Shown in pieces: positions 30,194 to 40,144 of a stretch of DNA of 64,000 nt. The translations under genes and the position numbers were made by a program. The notes under the pieces were generated by a model. The model searched no databases and was not told the origin of the DNA. It saw only the letters and a program-made list of their open reading frames with translations. Source of the stretch: Escherichia phage LinBro. Where the stretch lies: sequence record OR896830.1; one strand, 5' to 3'. How positions within the stretch are numbered: the first letter of the stretch is position 1; each line of letters starts with the position of its first letter.

Positions 30194-30464
30194 AGAGAAG
30201 TGGGAGATTTTACCATTAGTCAGTGAAGGCGGTAATGGTTGTGAAATGTACATGATACGTGGGCATGTTCCAGAACCAATTGCACTTGAGATGGTAAACA
30301 ACTTTACAGATGGCTCTTACAAAGACTTAGGGGAGCCAAATATAAAGCAGCAATGGGTAAAGCCTGTACCAGACAGCACAGGTAACTGTAGTGTACTTTA
30401 TCACGTTGTAGACCCTGCAAAATGCAAATCTGCAATGGCAGTAACAAACGTAACTTTTGATTGA
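30186..30464 (+). CDS. hypothetical protein
   Basis: 92-aa ORF. Confidence 0.4.
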   Translation: MAKEKWEILPLVSEGGNGCEMYMIRGHVPEPIALEMVNNFTDGSYKDLGEPNIKQQWVKPVPDSTGNCSVLYHVVDPAKCKSAMAVTNVTFD

Positions 30465-30475
30465 GAGAGAAAACT

Positions 30476-31357
30476 ATGAAAACTGTTATTGAAGCCGTCG
30501 TCACCGCTCAAGAGAAATTCTTCCACACAGAAAAATTTAATATCATTCAATTCCCATCTGGAGAAATTGGTGGAAACTTCTCTGAAGATTTTGTTAAGTT
30601 TACTGAGCGTAATGCTGGTAAGATTGATAATGTTATAATTACTGTACAGGGATATGACAAAGATACACTGTTTGCATTAGCTTTGGCTAAGGATGCCGTT
30701 GACAGTCTTGTTCCCCAGAAATCAGCGATGAAAACCGTTGTTTTCGGGTTCTTACCAAATGCTCGATATGACCGCCACATGTTCAAAGGTGATGCAGCAG
30801 CACTGAAAGCCTTTGCCAACCTAGTTAATGCAATGGGTTTTGATGCAGTATGTGCTCTTGACCCTCACAGTAATGTTGCAGAAAACTTATTTAAGTGCTT
30901 TCAAAGCATGAAGCAAAAAGATGTGGCAGTACACTTTGCAAGTGACCCACGCATTGATTTCTTGGTAGCCCCAGATGCAGGTGCAGCTAAGAAGACTGAA
31001 GATACCGCTAAAGAGGTGGATAAGCCGTATATCACAATGTCTAAGGTGCGCAATCTTAAGACTGGAGAAATCACTGGTATGCGAATCCTTGACGATGTTG
31101 ATTTGACCGATAAAACTGTCATGATTCTTGATGATATCTGTGATGGTGGTCGAACATTCGTAGAGGCAGCTAAACACCTACGTGAAGCAGGTGCAAAACG
31201 TGTGGAACTCTATGTAACTCATGGTATTTTCTCTAAAGGTGTTGAAAACTTACTTGACAACGGTATTGACCATATCTACACTACAAACACTTTAGGCGAA
31301 GCTAAAGACCGTGGCTTAACACATTATGGTCAAGTTACTGTAGCAAACATTGATTAG
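30476..31357 (+). CDS. ribose-phosphate pyrophosphokinase-like protein (Prs family)
   Basis: PRPP-binding type motif MILDDICDGGRTF; start moved from TTG to first ATG. Confidence 0.65.
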   Translation: MKTVIEAVVTAQEKFFHTEKFNIIQFPSGEIGGNFSEDFVKFTERNAGKIDNVIITVQGYDKDTLFALALAKDAVDSLVPQKSAMKTVVFGFLPNARYDRHMFKGDAAALKAFANLVNAMGFDAVCALDPHSNVAENLFKCFQSMKQKDVAVHFASDPRIDFLVAPDAGAAKKTEDTAKEVDKPYITMSKVRNLKTGEITGMRILDDVDLTDKTVMILDDICDGGRTFVEAAKHLREAGAKRVELYVTHGIFSKGVENLLDNGIDHIYTTNTLGEAKDRGLTHYGQVTVANID

Positions 31358-31365
31358 GTAACAGT

Positions 31366-31857
31366 ATGAATAAGGGTTATTTTGAAAGATACCTAATATA
31401 TGAACCAGATACAGGTTTATTAATTTGGAGAGTAACCCTTTGCAGTACCGCTATTGCTGGTAATGTGGCTGGCACAAGGTCTAAGAAGGGTTATATCCAA
31501 GTCCAGATAAATAAGAAGAGGTACTATGCACATAATATTGCATGGATTATGTCTGGAGGTGAGATACCAAGTGGATATGAGATAGACCACATAGACCTTG
31601 ATAAATCTAATAATAAGTTGGAGAATTTAAGACTTAGCACAAAGTCACAAAATCAGAGGAATAGGGGTATATACAAGAATAATAAAACTGGTGTGAAGGG
31701 TGTAAGTTTTTGTAAACAAACAGGTCTTTACAAAGCAAGAGTCATGCTTTACCATAAAGAATACTTTTGTGGAAGATTTAAAACGGTAGAAGAAGCAAAA
31801 GAAGCTGTAATTAAAAAGCGAATAGAACTTCATGGTGAGTTTGCAAGACATAACTAA
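31366..31857 (+). CDS. HNH homing endonuclease with AP2-like DNA-binding domain
   Basis: YAHNIAW...EIDHIDLDKSNNKLENLRL HNH core then GVKGVSF...GLYKARV AP2-like segment. Confidence 0.8.
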   Translation: MNKGYFERYLIYEPDTGLLIWRVTLCSTAIAGNVAGTRSKKGYIQVQINKKRYYAHNIAWIMSGGEIPSGYEIDHIDLDKSNNKLENLRLSTKSQNQRNRGIYKNNKTGVKGVSFCKQTGLYKARVMLYHKEYFCGRFKTVEEAKEAVIKKRIELHGEFARHN

Positions 31858-31871
31858 GAGAGAGGTAAAAT

Positions 31872-33653
31872 ATGAGTAAGTCACTTTACGCAGTACCAGC
31901 AGGTCTTAATGCAGATGCTTACAAGGCATCACATATATATCAGTATCCAGATGCTACGCAATATCTTATGTTGAACCTGACACCACGTAGTGATAAATGG
32001 TTTAACAGCCCCTTAGCAATTGACGGTGTAGTAGCTTTTGGTATTCAACGTTTCGTTAAAGATTACTTGATAGACCATTGGAATGCTACGTTCTTTGAAC
32101 GTGACAAAAAAGAAGCAATTGACGAAATCTTAGAAGTCATGAATGGTGTTCTGGGCAAAGATGCTATCGGTCGAGAGCATTGGGAGGCACTTCACGACTT
32201 AGGTTATCTACCAGTTGAAGTATACGCTGTAGAAGAAGGCACAGTTGTCCCTATGCGTGTTCCGATGATTGTTTTCCAGAACACTGTTTCAGGTTTCCAT
32301 TGGGTAGCAGGTTATCTGGAAGATGCTTTCTCTGCTGAGATTTGGAAGGCTTGTACCATTGCAACTATTGCATTGCACTACAAACGTATCTGTAAGAAGT
32401 GGGCTGACCTTACTTGTGACAACGACTTGCATTTGCCTTATCAGTGCCATGACTTTGCTATGCGTGGTATGTCCGGCTTTACTGATGACGCATTTAACGC
32501 TGTAGGCCACTTAACCAGCTTTAAAGGAACTGATAGCTTCCCTGCTGTGTATACGGCTAAACGAATCTATGGACAGTCCTACCCAATCTCTGATATTGGT
32601 AGCTCTGTACCAGCCACTGAGCACTCTGTAATGTGTGCAAACATTGCTTGGGAAGGTGGTAATGAGTTGATTGAAGAAGAAAGACGCTTTAAAGGTGAGT
32701 TACAGACCTTCCGTCGTTTCTTAACAGAAACTTACCCAACTGGTATTGCAAGTATTGTTTCAGACACTTATAACTTCTGGAGAACTGTGTCAGAAATCTT
32801 ACCAGCACTTCGTAAAGAAATTATGGAACGTGATGGTAAGCTGGTAATTCGCCCTGACTCTGGAGACCCTGTACATATTGTCACAGGCTATAAAGCAATC
32901 CACTTAGAGTGTGCTAAGAAGGCTTATTATGAGCACCTAAGCAAGCTGGAAGCTAGTGACACAATGTTGAATGCTGTTCTGAACATGAAGCTTGAAAACA
33001 TCAACTATGGTATTGCTGGATGGCTACTGTCAGAAGGCTACGAAATGGTTGTTGACAGAGAAGACTTTGAAGTTGCTGATACAGTGATGTTGAAAAATGC
33101 TTATATGGTTGGCTCTGCAAACGTTGTAACACGTCCTGTAGCAGAGATTGATGGAGCTATTAAGACCCTGTACAACATCTTCGGAGGGACTATTAACTCT
33201 AAAGGGTTTAAGGTACTGGATGAGCACATCGGCCTTATCTATGGTGACTCTATCACGCTGGAACGTGCAAACGAAATCCTGAAGCGTCTGTATGAAATGG
33301 GTTTTGCAAGCTCTAACGTAGTGTTTGGTGTAGGCTCTTACACTTACCAGTACATGACTCGCGACACCTTTGCATTTGCTGTCAAAGCAACTCTTGCAAG
33401 CATTGGTGGTAAAGAGATTATGCTTGCAAAAGACCCTAAAACAGATAGTGGTGTTAAGAAATCTGCCTTTGGTGGTGTAGCACCTATGTGGGATGGTGAT
33501 AAGCTGAAAGCTGTAGATGGCTATGGATTCCAGAGTTTTGCAGATGTACTTGACCACCAAGCTTGTGCTTTACGTTTAGTCTTTAGCGACTCTGAGCAGT
33601 TCGGTTATACAACTCTTGGAGATATTCGAAATAATATTGACAAGCAGCTTTAA
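31872..33653 (+). CDS. nicotinamide phosphoribosyltransferase family protein
   Basis: 593 aa; judged Nampt/NadV-like from overall resemblance, no single diagnostic motif verified. Confidence 0.6.
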   Translation: MSKSLYAVPAGLNADAYKASHIYQYPDATQYLMLNLTPRSDKWFNSPLAIDGVVAFGIQRFVKDYLIDHWNATFFERDKKEAIDEILEVMNGVLGKDAIGREHWEALHDLGYLPVEVYAVEEGTVVPMRVPMIVFQNTVSGFHWVAGYLEDAFSAEIWKACTIATIALHYKRICKKWADLTCDNDLHLPYQCHDFAMRGMSGFTDDAFNAVGHLTSFKGTDSFPAVYTAKRIYGQSYPISDIGSSVPATEHSVMCANIAWEGGNELIEEERRFKGELQTFRRFLTETYPTGIASIVSDTYNFWRTVSEILPALRKEIMERDGKLVIRPDSGDPVHIVTGYKAIHLECAKKAYYEHLSKLEASDTMLNAVLNMKLENINYGIAGWLLSEGYEMVVDREDFEVADTVMLKNAYMVGSANVVTRPVAEIDGAIKTLYNIFGGTINSKGFKVLDEHIGLIYGDSITLERANEILKRLYEMGFASSNVVFGVGSYTYQYMTRDTFAFAVKATLASIGGKEIMLAKDPKTDSGVKKSAFGGVAPMWDGDKLKAVDGYGFQSFADVLDHQACALRLVFSDSEQFGYTTLGDIRNNIDKQL

Positions 33654-33666
33654 AAGTATATGATAA

Positions 33667-33694
33667 GAGGCTCCTACGGGAGCCTTTTTAATTT
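33667..33694 (+). terminator. rho-independent terminator
   Basis: AGGCTCC..GGGAGCCT hairpin then TTTTTAATTT. Confidence 0.65.
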
Positions 33695-33706
33695 CTGGAG
33701 AAGATT

Positions 33707-34042
33707 ATGAAAATCAAAGAAATGAACATTAACGTTGTCCTAGAAGAACGTTGGGAGAACATTAAGAAACCTGAAGATGGTAAAAAGTTCCTTAACAAAA
33801 TTTTAGTAGCAGCTAAAGAAGAACTGACTGGCAAGATTGCAGCAGCAATCACAATAAAAATCTGTGTAAAAGGTCTTCCACAACATCACCAATTTGCACT
33901 TGACGAGTTTAAAGAAAGCTTCTACAATCCAAACAAACAGATGCTTGAAAGTAACTTTGCAGTGTCTACAAGTATCGTCCATGACAGAAGCTTTATCCTT
34001 TACAAGAATATGAGAGGTGAGTCATGCAAGCATATTGGATAG
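33707..34042 (+). CDS. hypothetical protein
   Basis: 111-aa ORF. Confidence 0.4.
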   Translation: MKIKEMNINVVLEERWENIKKPEDGKKFLNKILVAAKEELTGKIAAAITIKICVKGLPQHHQFALDEFKESFYNPNKQMLESNFAVSTSIVHDRSFILYKNMRGESCKHIG

Positions 34043-34200
34043 AAATTTTACTGTCACTTGGTAGTGTAGCAGTATTTGTTTACCTTCTTTGCAAGTACTA
34101 TGCAGAGCACAAGAAGTGTGATTACTGCAACGGGGAAGGGTACACAAGAGCAGGTTGTTGCCCTATTTGTGGTGGTTCTGGTAAAATGTTTAATAAGTAA
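34024..34200 (+). CDS. small membrane protein with Zn-ribbon
   Basis: 58-aa ORF below track cutoff; hydrophobic N-terminus and CDYC...CPICG. Confidence 0.3.
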   Translation: MQAYWIEILLSLGSVAVFVYLLCKYYAEHKKCDYCNGEGYTRAGCCPICGGSGKMFNK

Positions 34201-34228
34201 TTTAACAGTAAACTAAGAGGAAAGTATT

Positions 34229-36595
34229 ATGCGCATGGTAAATGACCACGCAGAAGTGATTAAGAGTTCAACTTCTTTGGAGACATCTCAAGCACAGATT
34301 ACAATGACACCTGAAATGTTCAGCCTTCTGAGTTCTGGTGTATACACATTCAAAGAAAGGGCAGTGATTCGTGAACTGTCATGTAATGCAGTAGATGCTC
34401 AGAAAGAAGCTGGAAAAGAGAACATCCCATTCCATGTGCATTTACCTACTCGATTTGAGCCTTACTTTGAAGTCCGTGACTTTGGAACTGGTTTAACCCA
34501 TGACAAAGTAATGAGTTTGTACCTGAACTATGGGGCTTCTACGAAGAATGACTCTAATGATTACATTGGTGCAATGGGTATCGGCTCAAAATCACCATTT
34601 GCAATTGCTCAGTCATTCACAGTGTCTAGCTATGTTGATGGTGTTGTTAATAAGTACTCTGTTTACCTTGAGAATGGTATACCTCAAGTAACTAAGCTTA
34701 CTACTAACCCAACAAATGAACCCAATGGTTTAGCTGTACGTGTGGCAGTTGCTGACCACCGTATTTCAAAGTTCTTTGAAGAGGCTGGTCATGTATACTC
34801 ATACTTTGCTGTAAAACCAGAAAGTAACATTGTATATGATGATGTGTTAGCAGATATGAACGTCATTGCTCGTGAAGAAGGTGTTTATGATGCCATGATT
34901 CATAAGCAAAGCTGGCGTTCTAGTGGTAACAGGACGGAGTTTAATGTGGTGATGGGTAATATTGCCTATCCAGTGAACATGGAAGCATTACTTGGTGATG
35001 ATTTCTTCAAAGTCTTGCCAGAGTTTTTCCGTAGGAGCGTAGACCTTGTAAACATTTACATGCCTATTGGTTCAGTCGCTATTGCAGCTTCTCGTGAAGC
35101 ATTGCAGATGAATGATACGACAAAAAATGTTATCATTGAGGCTACTAAAAAGATAACTGAAGCAATTACAAAGGATGTTATCAAGAAAGTTAATAGCCAA
35201 CCTACACTCATGGATGCTGCACAGGCTTATGCTGAGTTACGTTTGAACTCACGAGAGATGTTTAATGCTGTGTGTCCAAAGTTAGAGTGGGGAGGCGTTA
35301 AGCTTGATTCTTTGGAAGAAGAATTACTAAACATTCGTCGTGGGATTATCTACGCAGAAGACGGCTCAGTCATTTATGAACGTGACGGCAAAGGTAATAT
35401 TAAGGTTGACAGTAAAGGAAACAACATTCCTAAAGTGGACTACCTATACAATCCAGTTGCTTATGTTAAGTTCAACTCTTTAGAGAGTAAGATTCGTGCA
35501 ACAGCACTTTCCTACACTCAAGAGGCGAGCATGTTCAATATCTTTGGTGCAATGCGTAAAAGCCAAATTGAACAGTTTTTGTTCGTGATTAATGACCGTC
35601 GCAATAAAAACGGTACTGAAAAGACTGTAGGCCGCAATCAGATTCTGCGTGGTGCATGTCGAGACTACGCCAGTGAGTCAAGTCTGTTTCACAGATATAA
35701 TGGTATTGTGTTTGTATTCTCGACTGAAAAAGAGTTAGACGACCTAATCAATCTACACAAACTTGATAAAAGCTTGTTAAAGATTGTGAAAATGTCTGAT
35801 AAGGAGCACCATTACCAGCGCAAAGAAGCTGTAAGGGGTGTTGTAAAACTCTGGAAAGCTGTTCCAGCAGAAGGTGTAGCTTCCTATAAAGAGGTTTCAG
35901 AGGACTTTGATACAATTGAAGAACCTCAGCTTTACATTAAGGCAGTTGGTGACACAGTTGATGGCGAATGTTTTTGCTCATCTCCAGAAGATGTAGCTAA
36001 GTCAGTCGCTAATGTTCTAGGGAAGACAGTCTATGTTTTCCGAAAAGCAAATTGGAAAAAGATACCAGAAGACTGGATTGAAGTAGATGAGAAGCTCTTG
36101 AACGACAGCTTAACTGATGTTCACTGGATTAATCATAACAGGTATATGACACGTATCTATATGAATGGTGTTCTTGACCTTACAAGCAGTTGGATTATCA
36201 CCAGAAACTTTACATTCAATAACAGGAAGATTTCTCGTGGTTATTGCTATTCACGAGATACTAACAAAACTATCTTCCTAGAAGGCAATGAAGATGCTGT
36301 AGAGGCAATGTTCGGTAAAATCCAATACGTTGCTGCACCATTTGCATACACTTATACTGTTAGTGTATTGAAAACTTTGAAAGACTGTCTTGACAATGAT
36401 ACAAAGCTTTACAAGAAAATTAAGAAAGCTGGTGACCGCATGGTCATTAAGGTGACAAACTACCTTTCAAAAAGAAAACAAGAAAACTTCTTGCTTTCTC
36501 ATTTAGATTGGAATAAAGTGTCGCCTATCGAAGTGAGTAAGTTCTTAGGCTTTGATGTGAAGTGTGTTCCAGAAGGGACTACAATTTACGATTAA
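34229..36595 (+). CDS. rIIA: rIIA-like protein (GHKL ATPase fold)
   Basis: N-terminal GHKL N-box RELSCNAVDA and G-rich IGAMGIGSKSPF; 788 aa. Confidence 0.6.
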   Translation: MRMVNDHAEVIKSSTSLETSQAQITMTPEMFSLLSSGVYTFKERAVIRELSCNAVDAQKEAGKENIPFHVHLPTRFEPYFEVRDFGTGLTHDKVMSLYLNYGASTKNDSNDYIGAMGIGSKSPFAIAQSFTVSSYVDGVVNKYSVYLENGIPQVTKLTTNPTNEPNGLAVRVAVADHRISKFFEEAGHVYSYFAVKPESNIVYDDVLADMNVIAREEGVYDAMIHKQSWRSSGNRTEFNVVMGNIAYPVNMEALLGDDFFKVLPEFFRRSVDLVNIYMPIGSVAIAASREALQMNDTTKNVIIEATKKITEAITKDVIKKVNSQPTLMDAAQAYAELRLNSREMFNAVCPKLEWGGVKLDSLEEELLNIRRGIIYAEDGSVIYERDGKGNIKVDSKGNNIPKVDYLYNPVAYVKFNSLESKIRATALSYTQEASMFNIFGAMRKSQIEQFLFVINDRRNKNGTEKTVGRNQILRGACRDYASESSLFHRYNGIVFVFSTEKELDDLINLHKLDKSLLKIVKMSDKEHHYQRKEAVRGVVKLWKAVPAEGVASYKEVSEDFDTIEEPQLYIKAVGDTVDGECFCSSPEDVAKSVANVLGKTVYVFRKANWKKIPEDWIEVDEKLLNDSLTDVHWINHNRYMTRIYMNGVLDLTSSWIITRNFTFNNRKISRGYCYSRDTNKTIFLEGNEDAVEAMFGKIQYVAAPFAYTYTVSVLKTLKDCLDNDTKLYKKIKKAGDRMVIKVTNYLSKRKQENFLLSHLDWNKVSPIEVSKFLGFDVKCVPEGTTIYD

Positions 36596-36600
36596 AGTGT

Positions 36601-36630
36601 TTGACAAGGGGCTTTGAAGCCCCTTAGAAT
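36601..36630 (+). promoter_or_regulatory. sigma70-like promoter with hairpin in spacer
   Basis: TTGACA, 18-bp spacer containing GGGGCTTTGAAGCCCC palindrome, then TAGAAT. Confidence 0.4.
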
Positions 36631-36674
36631 AGCATCACAAAATGATTTATTAACTAACAAGAGAGAGTAATAAG

Positions 36675-37784
36675 ATGACTACTAAAACTAAAGCACAGAT
36701 TGACGCAGAAATTTACAAACTGGTTAAAGAAGGTAAGCTGACTAAAACAGCTATTGCACAGAAATTTAATACTTCAACCCGTTCAGTTGGTCGTGCTGTA
36801 GAGCGTCATGAAGCAACTTTAAAAGGGGATAAGAAGGCAACTTCTACACCAGCTACGAAGACTTTGAAGCAAGTTGCTAAGACATTTAAAAAGAAAGCTG
36901 ACAAACCAGTTGAAAAGGTCGTTAAAGATGCTGTACAGAAAGCTCCGGTAAATAAACTGCATGAAGCTATGCAGAAAGATGACAAGATTGAGTACATGAT
37001 TACTGGTGACTCTGTAATTATGACTTATGGTTCAGAATCTGAAATTGTTGAGTCTACTCATCCGAACTATCAAGAGATTGTAGTTCATGTTGTGAAAGGT
37101 GAGTTCAAAAAAGCCTTTGAATTGATGAACATTCGTAAGTCTATCGAAAACTTCACTCAGGGCGCTATCACAATCAAAGGTGACAAGTTATTCTACGGTG
37201 CTGTTGAGATGCGTTCTACTCTGGTTGACCGTATTCTTCACATGATGAAGACTGGAGATAAAGGTTTCGAACGCCTTGTGATGTTCTTCGAAAAACTGAT
37301 GGAAAACCCATCTAAAGACTCTGTAGAACAACTTTGGGGCTTCGTATCTCACCTTGATGTTGAAATTGATGAAGAAGGCTACATCATTGGTTGGAAGAAA
37401 GTATCTACTCGTGAAGGCAAGCTGGTTGACTCCCACACCTACAGAGTACCTAATGATTTGGGTAACATTGTAGAAATGCCACGTTGGATGGTTGATAATA
37501 ACCGTAACGTGACTTGCTCTCAAGGTCTTCATGTTGGTGCTTGGGATTATGTTCGTTGCTTCTCAGGTGATACAATTCTGAAGGTTCGTGTCCATCCACG
37601 AGACGTTGTATCCGTACCAACTGATTACAACGATATGAAGATGCGCTCGTCTCGTTATGAAGTTGCAGCAATCGTTGATAATCAACGTAAAGTACTGAAA
37701 GCATGGGATGGCAAGACTGAAGCTTTGCATGTCATCGTTGGCACTGCTGGGGAACTTATCTCTCAGCGTAAACGTGAAATCTAA
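36675..37784 (+). CDS. rIIB: rIIB-like protein
   Basis: Directly downstream of rIIA-like gene; LFYGAVEMRSTLVDRIL and VHPRDVVSVPTDYNDMKMR recalled as rIIB-conserved, from memory only. Confidence 0.55.
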   Translation: MTTKTKAQIDAEIYKLVKEGKLTKTAIAQKFNTSTRSVGRAVERHEATLKGDKKATSTPATKTLKQVAKTFKKKADKPVEKVVKDAVQKAPVNKLHEAMQKDDKIEYMITGDSVIMTYGSESEIVESTHPNYQEIVVHVVKGEFKKAFELMNIRKSIENFTQGAITIKGDKLFYGAVEMRSTLVDRILHMMKTGDKGFERLVMFFEKLMENPSKDSVEQLWGFVSHLDVEIDEEGYIIGWKKVSTREGKLVDSHTYRVPNDLGNIVEMPRWMVDNNRNVTCSQGLHVGAWDYVRCFSGDTILKVRVHPRDVVSVPTDYNDMKMRSSRYEVAAIVDNQRKVLKAWDGKTEALHVIVGTAGELISQRKREI

Positions 37785-37797
37785 TAAGTAATTTCTT

Positions 37798-37826
37798 AAA
37801 AGGCTGCTTCGGCGGCCTTTTTTATT
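37798..37826 (+). terminator. rho-independent terminator
   Basis: GGCTGCTTCGGCGGCC hairpin then TTTTTT. Confidence 0.7.
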
Positions 37827-37884
37827 TGTATTTTGTGCAGAGTGCTGTATAATTGTTTTCACGATAAACTAAACAGGAGAACCA

Positions 37885-38433
37885 ATGAAGAAATTGATTC
37901 TAGGTTTGTGCTTAATGTTTACAGCACACTTATCTTATGCAGTTGACTGCCCAGAGCTATCAATTAGCCAAAAAGTAAACATGTTAAAAGCTTACCAGTA
38001 TGGTGAGAATAACATGGGTAAAGGTTGGGGTATCACTCTAGCTGCTATAGCCTTACAAGAGTCAGAGTTAGGTCTGAAGGTAGAGAATAAAAAGACCCAT
38101 GACTATGGTATCTTCCAGAATCACTTGAAGACTGTTGTAAAGCGTAACAAAATTAGTCCTAATGTGGCTAAAAAGAAACTCTTAAAAGACTTTGACTATG
38201 CTGCGAAGGAAACTCACAAAGAGCTTGAGTTTTGGACAAAGGTGCATGGTCAGCCAAAGTCAAAGAAGACTTTACAAAAAGTTTTAGCATCATATAATGC
38301 TGGGTATTCGTACAGAATCCCTAAAGCTAAGAAATATTCTCAAGATGTCTATAACAACATGAAAGTTATTGCTCAATGTGAATTTGCAACAAACATTTCT
38401 AAGGTAAACCATGAAAAAATTAAAAAAGTCTGA
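37885..38433 (+). CDS. secreted protein, possible lytic transglycosylase
   Basis: Signal peptide MKKLILGLCLMFTAHLSYA; ALQESELG...GIFQ resembles SLT-domain ES..G.MQ motif. Confidence 0.4.
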   Translation: MKKLILGLCLMFTAHLSYAVDCPELSISQKVNMLKAYQYGENNMGKGWGITLAAIALQESELGLKVENKKTHDYGIFQNHLKTVVKRNKISPNVAKKKLLKDFDYAAKETHKELEFWTKVHGQPKSKKTLQKVLASYNAGYSYRIPKAKKYSQDVYNNMKVIAQCEFATNISKVNHEKIKKV

Positions 38434-39106
38434 TGAAGTACTGTGTCATGCTTACGACTTACATCCTCATGAGTTAGGTCTTGATTCCTGTGTATGGACT
38501 CCAGAACAGTGTAGGGATTTTGAAGACACTGCAAGAGAAGTTGTATGTTCACTCGAAGAGTTCCACACATCAGAACCAATTGTGAATGTTGTAGATAAAG
38601 AGACTGGACAAACTATAGGTGTAAGTCGTGATAGCTTAGTCATAGTCAATAAAGACCTTGTAGAAAAAGGGAATCTCATCTTAGCAGATATTGATGGTGT
38701 TCTTACAAATTTTAATCACGAAGATTGTTCAACGGAATTGACTGACGGTTCATTCTCGCAGTACACTAATCTTCTTGACTCTGTAAGAGCAAAACCAACG
38801 TATGTTTTCAATATCATTGATGCAATTGCTAATCATGCTGCTGTTGGACTCTTGACAGCGAGAGGTGAATCTCAGAGAATACCTACTGAGATGTTTTTAA
38901 GGCATAACACAGAGCATGACTACATGCTTTTTATGCGTGGTTTTGGGACTAACTCTATAAGCGCAGAAAGTTTGAAAGTGAGGATGATTCAGTCTTGCAT
39001 TCTGCCTTACTTTAATATAGTATGTTTTATAGAAGACACAGAGAAGAATGTGCAGAAGGTGAACAGAATCCTTCCACACATTAAAACCATGTTAGTTAAA
39101 CATTGA
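38411..39106 (+). CDS. hypothetical protein
   Basis: 231-aa ORF. Confidence 0.4.
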   Translation: MKKLKKSDEVLCHAYDLHPHELGLDSCVWTPEQCRDFEDTAREVVCSLEEFHTSEPIVNVVDKETGQTIGVSRDSLVIVNKDLVEKGNLILADIDGVLTNFNHEDCSTELTDGSFSQYTNLLDSVRAKPTYVFNIIDAIANHAAVGLLTARGESQRIPTEMFLRHNTEHDYMLFMRGFGTNSISAESLKVRMIQSCILPYFNIVCFIEDTEKNVQKVNRILPHIKTMLVKH

Positions 39107-39116
39107 GAGAAAACTT

Positions 39117-39581
39117 ATGAACAATATCATTACGGTAGCACTGGACGATACGGTAAACAAATCTGCAATAGTTCGTAAAATGATTCAAGGTAACTTTGAA
39201 GGTAAAATTTTTCGTGCTGTTAATGTAAAAGCTGATGGCAGCATTCGTGAATATCGTGCATTATTGAATGTTAAAAAACACGTAAAAGGTGCTGGTTCAA
39301 CGACTGCACACAAAGAAAACCTGATGACTATCTATGATATGGGTAAGGCTTCAGAGTTAGGTGCTGAAGGTATCGTTAAAGAAGGTGCTCCGTATCGCTC
39401 TTTCAATCTGGAAACTACTCTTATGCTTTCCTTTACAAGTGGTTCTAAAACAATCACTTACCTCTTTACTGATGCTGCAACGGTATCTGCTATTAAGGAT
39501 AGCACTGTCAAAGCTGGCGTAGTTGCTGCTGCAAAAGCTTCTTCGATGGCTGCGAATATCCTTGCTAAAGTCCTCGGTTAA
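39117..39581 (+). CDS. hypothetical protein
   Basis: 154-aa ORF. Confidence 0.4.
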   Translation: MNNIITVALDDTVNKSAIVRKMIQGNFEGKIFRAVNVKADGSIREYRALLNVKKHVKGAGSTTAHKENLMTIYDMGKASELGAEGIVKEGAPYRSFNLETTLMLSFTSGSKTITYLFTDAATVSAIKDSTVKAGVVAAAKASSMAANILAKVLG

Positions 39582-39591
39582 GGTTAAGATA

Positions 39592-39620
39592 CAGGCTCCT
39601 TCGGGAGCCTTTTTCATTTT
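39592..39620 (+). terminator. rho-independent terminator
   Basis: GGCTCCTTCGGGAGCC hairpin then TTTTT. Confidence 0.7.
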
Positions 39621-39633
39621 AGGAGATTGTTAA

Positions 39634-39981
39634 ATGACATTTAAAGAGTTCTGTCAAGCTACTTTCATAATTGTTTTCTTAGTTGGGGCAGGTGTCTGGG
39701 GAGGATACTCTTACAGAGACTACCAAGTTGCTGAAACTGAGCTAAACAATCAAAAGCTCATAAGTGTTGCTAAAGATGCTTATCAGGAAGGATTAGTCAC
39801 ACTGAGCACCAATTACAAAAATGATTTGAAAGACGTGCTTGCTAAGAATAAGCACACAAAAGAGGTACTAACATATGAAAAGACTAAGCCAGAGTTTTAT
39901 AATGTTTGTGTTACTGATAATTATGTCAGGGTGTTCAACGAACAAAGTGAGCAGTACATTCAAAAACTCCCAAGTAAGTGA
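39634..39981 (+). CDS. putative inner-membrane spanin (Rz-like)
   Basis: Single N-terminal TM helix then periplasmic region; second ORF embedded in +1 frame. Confidence 0.45.
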   Translation: MTFKEFCQATFIIVFLVGAGVWGGYSYRDYQVAETELNNQKLISVAKDAYQEGLVTLSTNYKNDLKDVLAKNKHTKEVLTYEKTKPEFYNVCVTDNYVRVFNEQSEQYIQKLPSK

Positions 39982-40144
39982 GAGTGATAAGTACACCCAA
40001 GAAGAATCACGGTATATCATCAAAGGCAACACAGGCAGCGATGTAGCAGCAGCCCTTGAGTTCTATCGTGACGGCTTTTACCAGTGCACAATCAAAGCTA
40101 ACAACCTTATTGACATGATTTTATTAGGGAATAAGCAGCAATGA
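39875..40144 (+). CDS. putative outer-membrane lipoprotein spanin (Rz1-like)
   Basis: Lipobox LIIMSGC; overlaps 3' end of preceding ORF in another frame. Confidence 0.45.
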   Translation: MKRLSQSFIMFVLLIIMSGCSTNKVSSTFKNSQVSESDKYTQEESRYIIKGNTGSDVAAALEFYRDGFYQCTIKANNLIDMILLGNKQQ

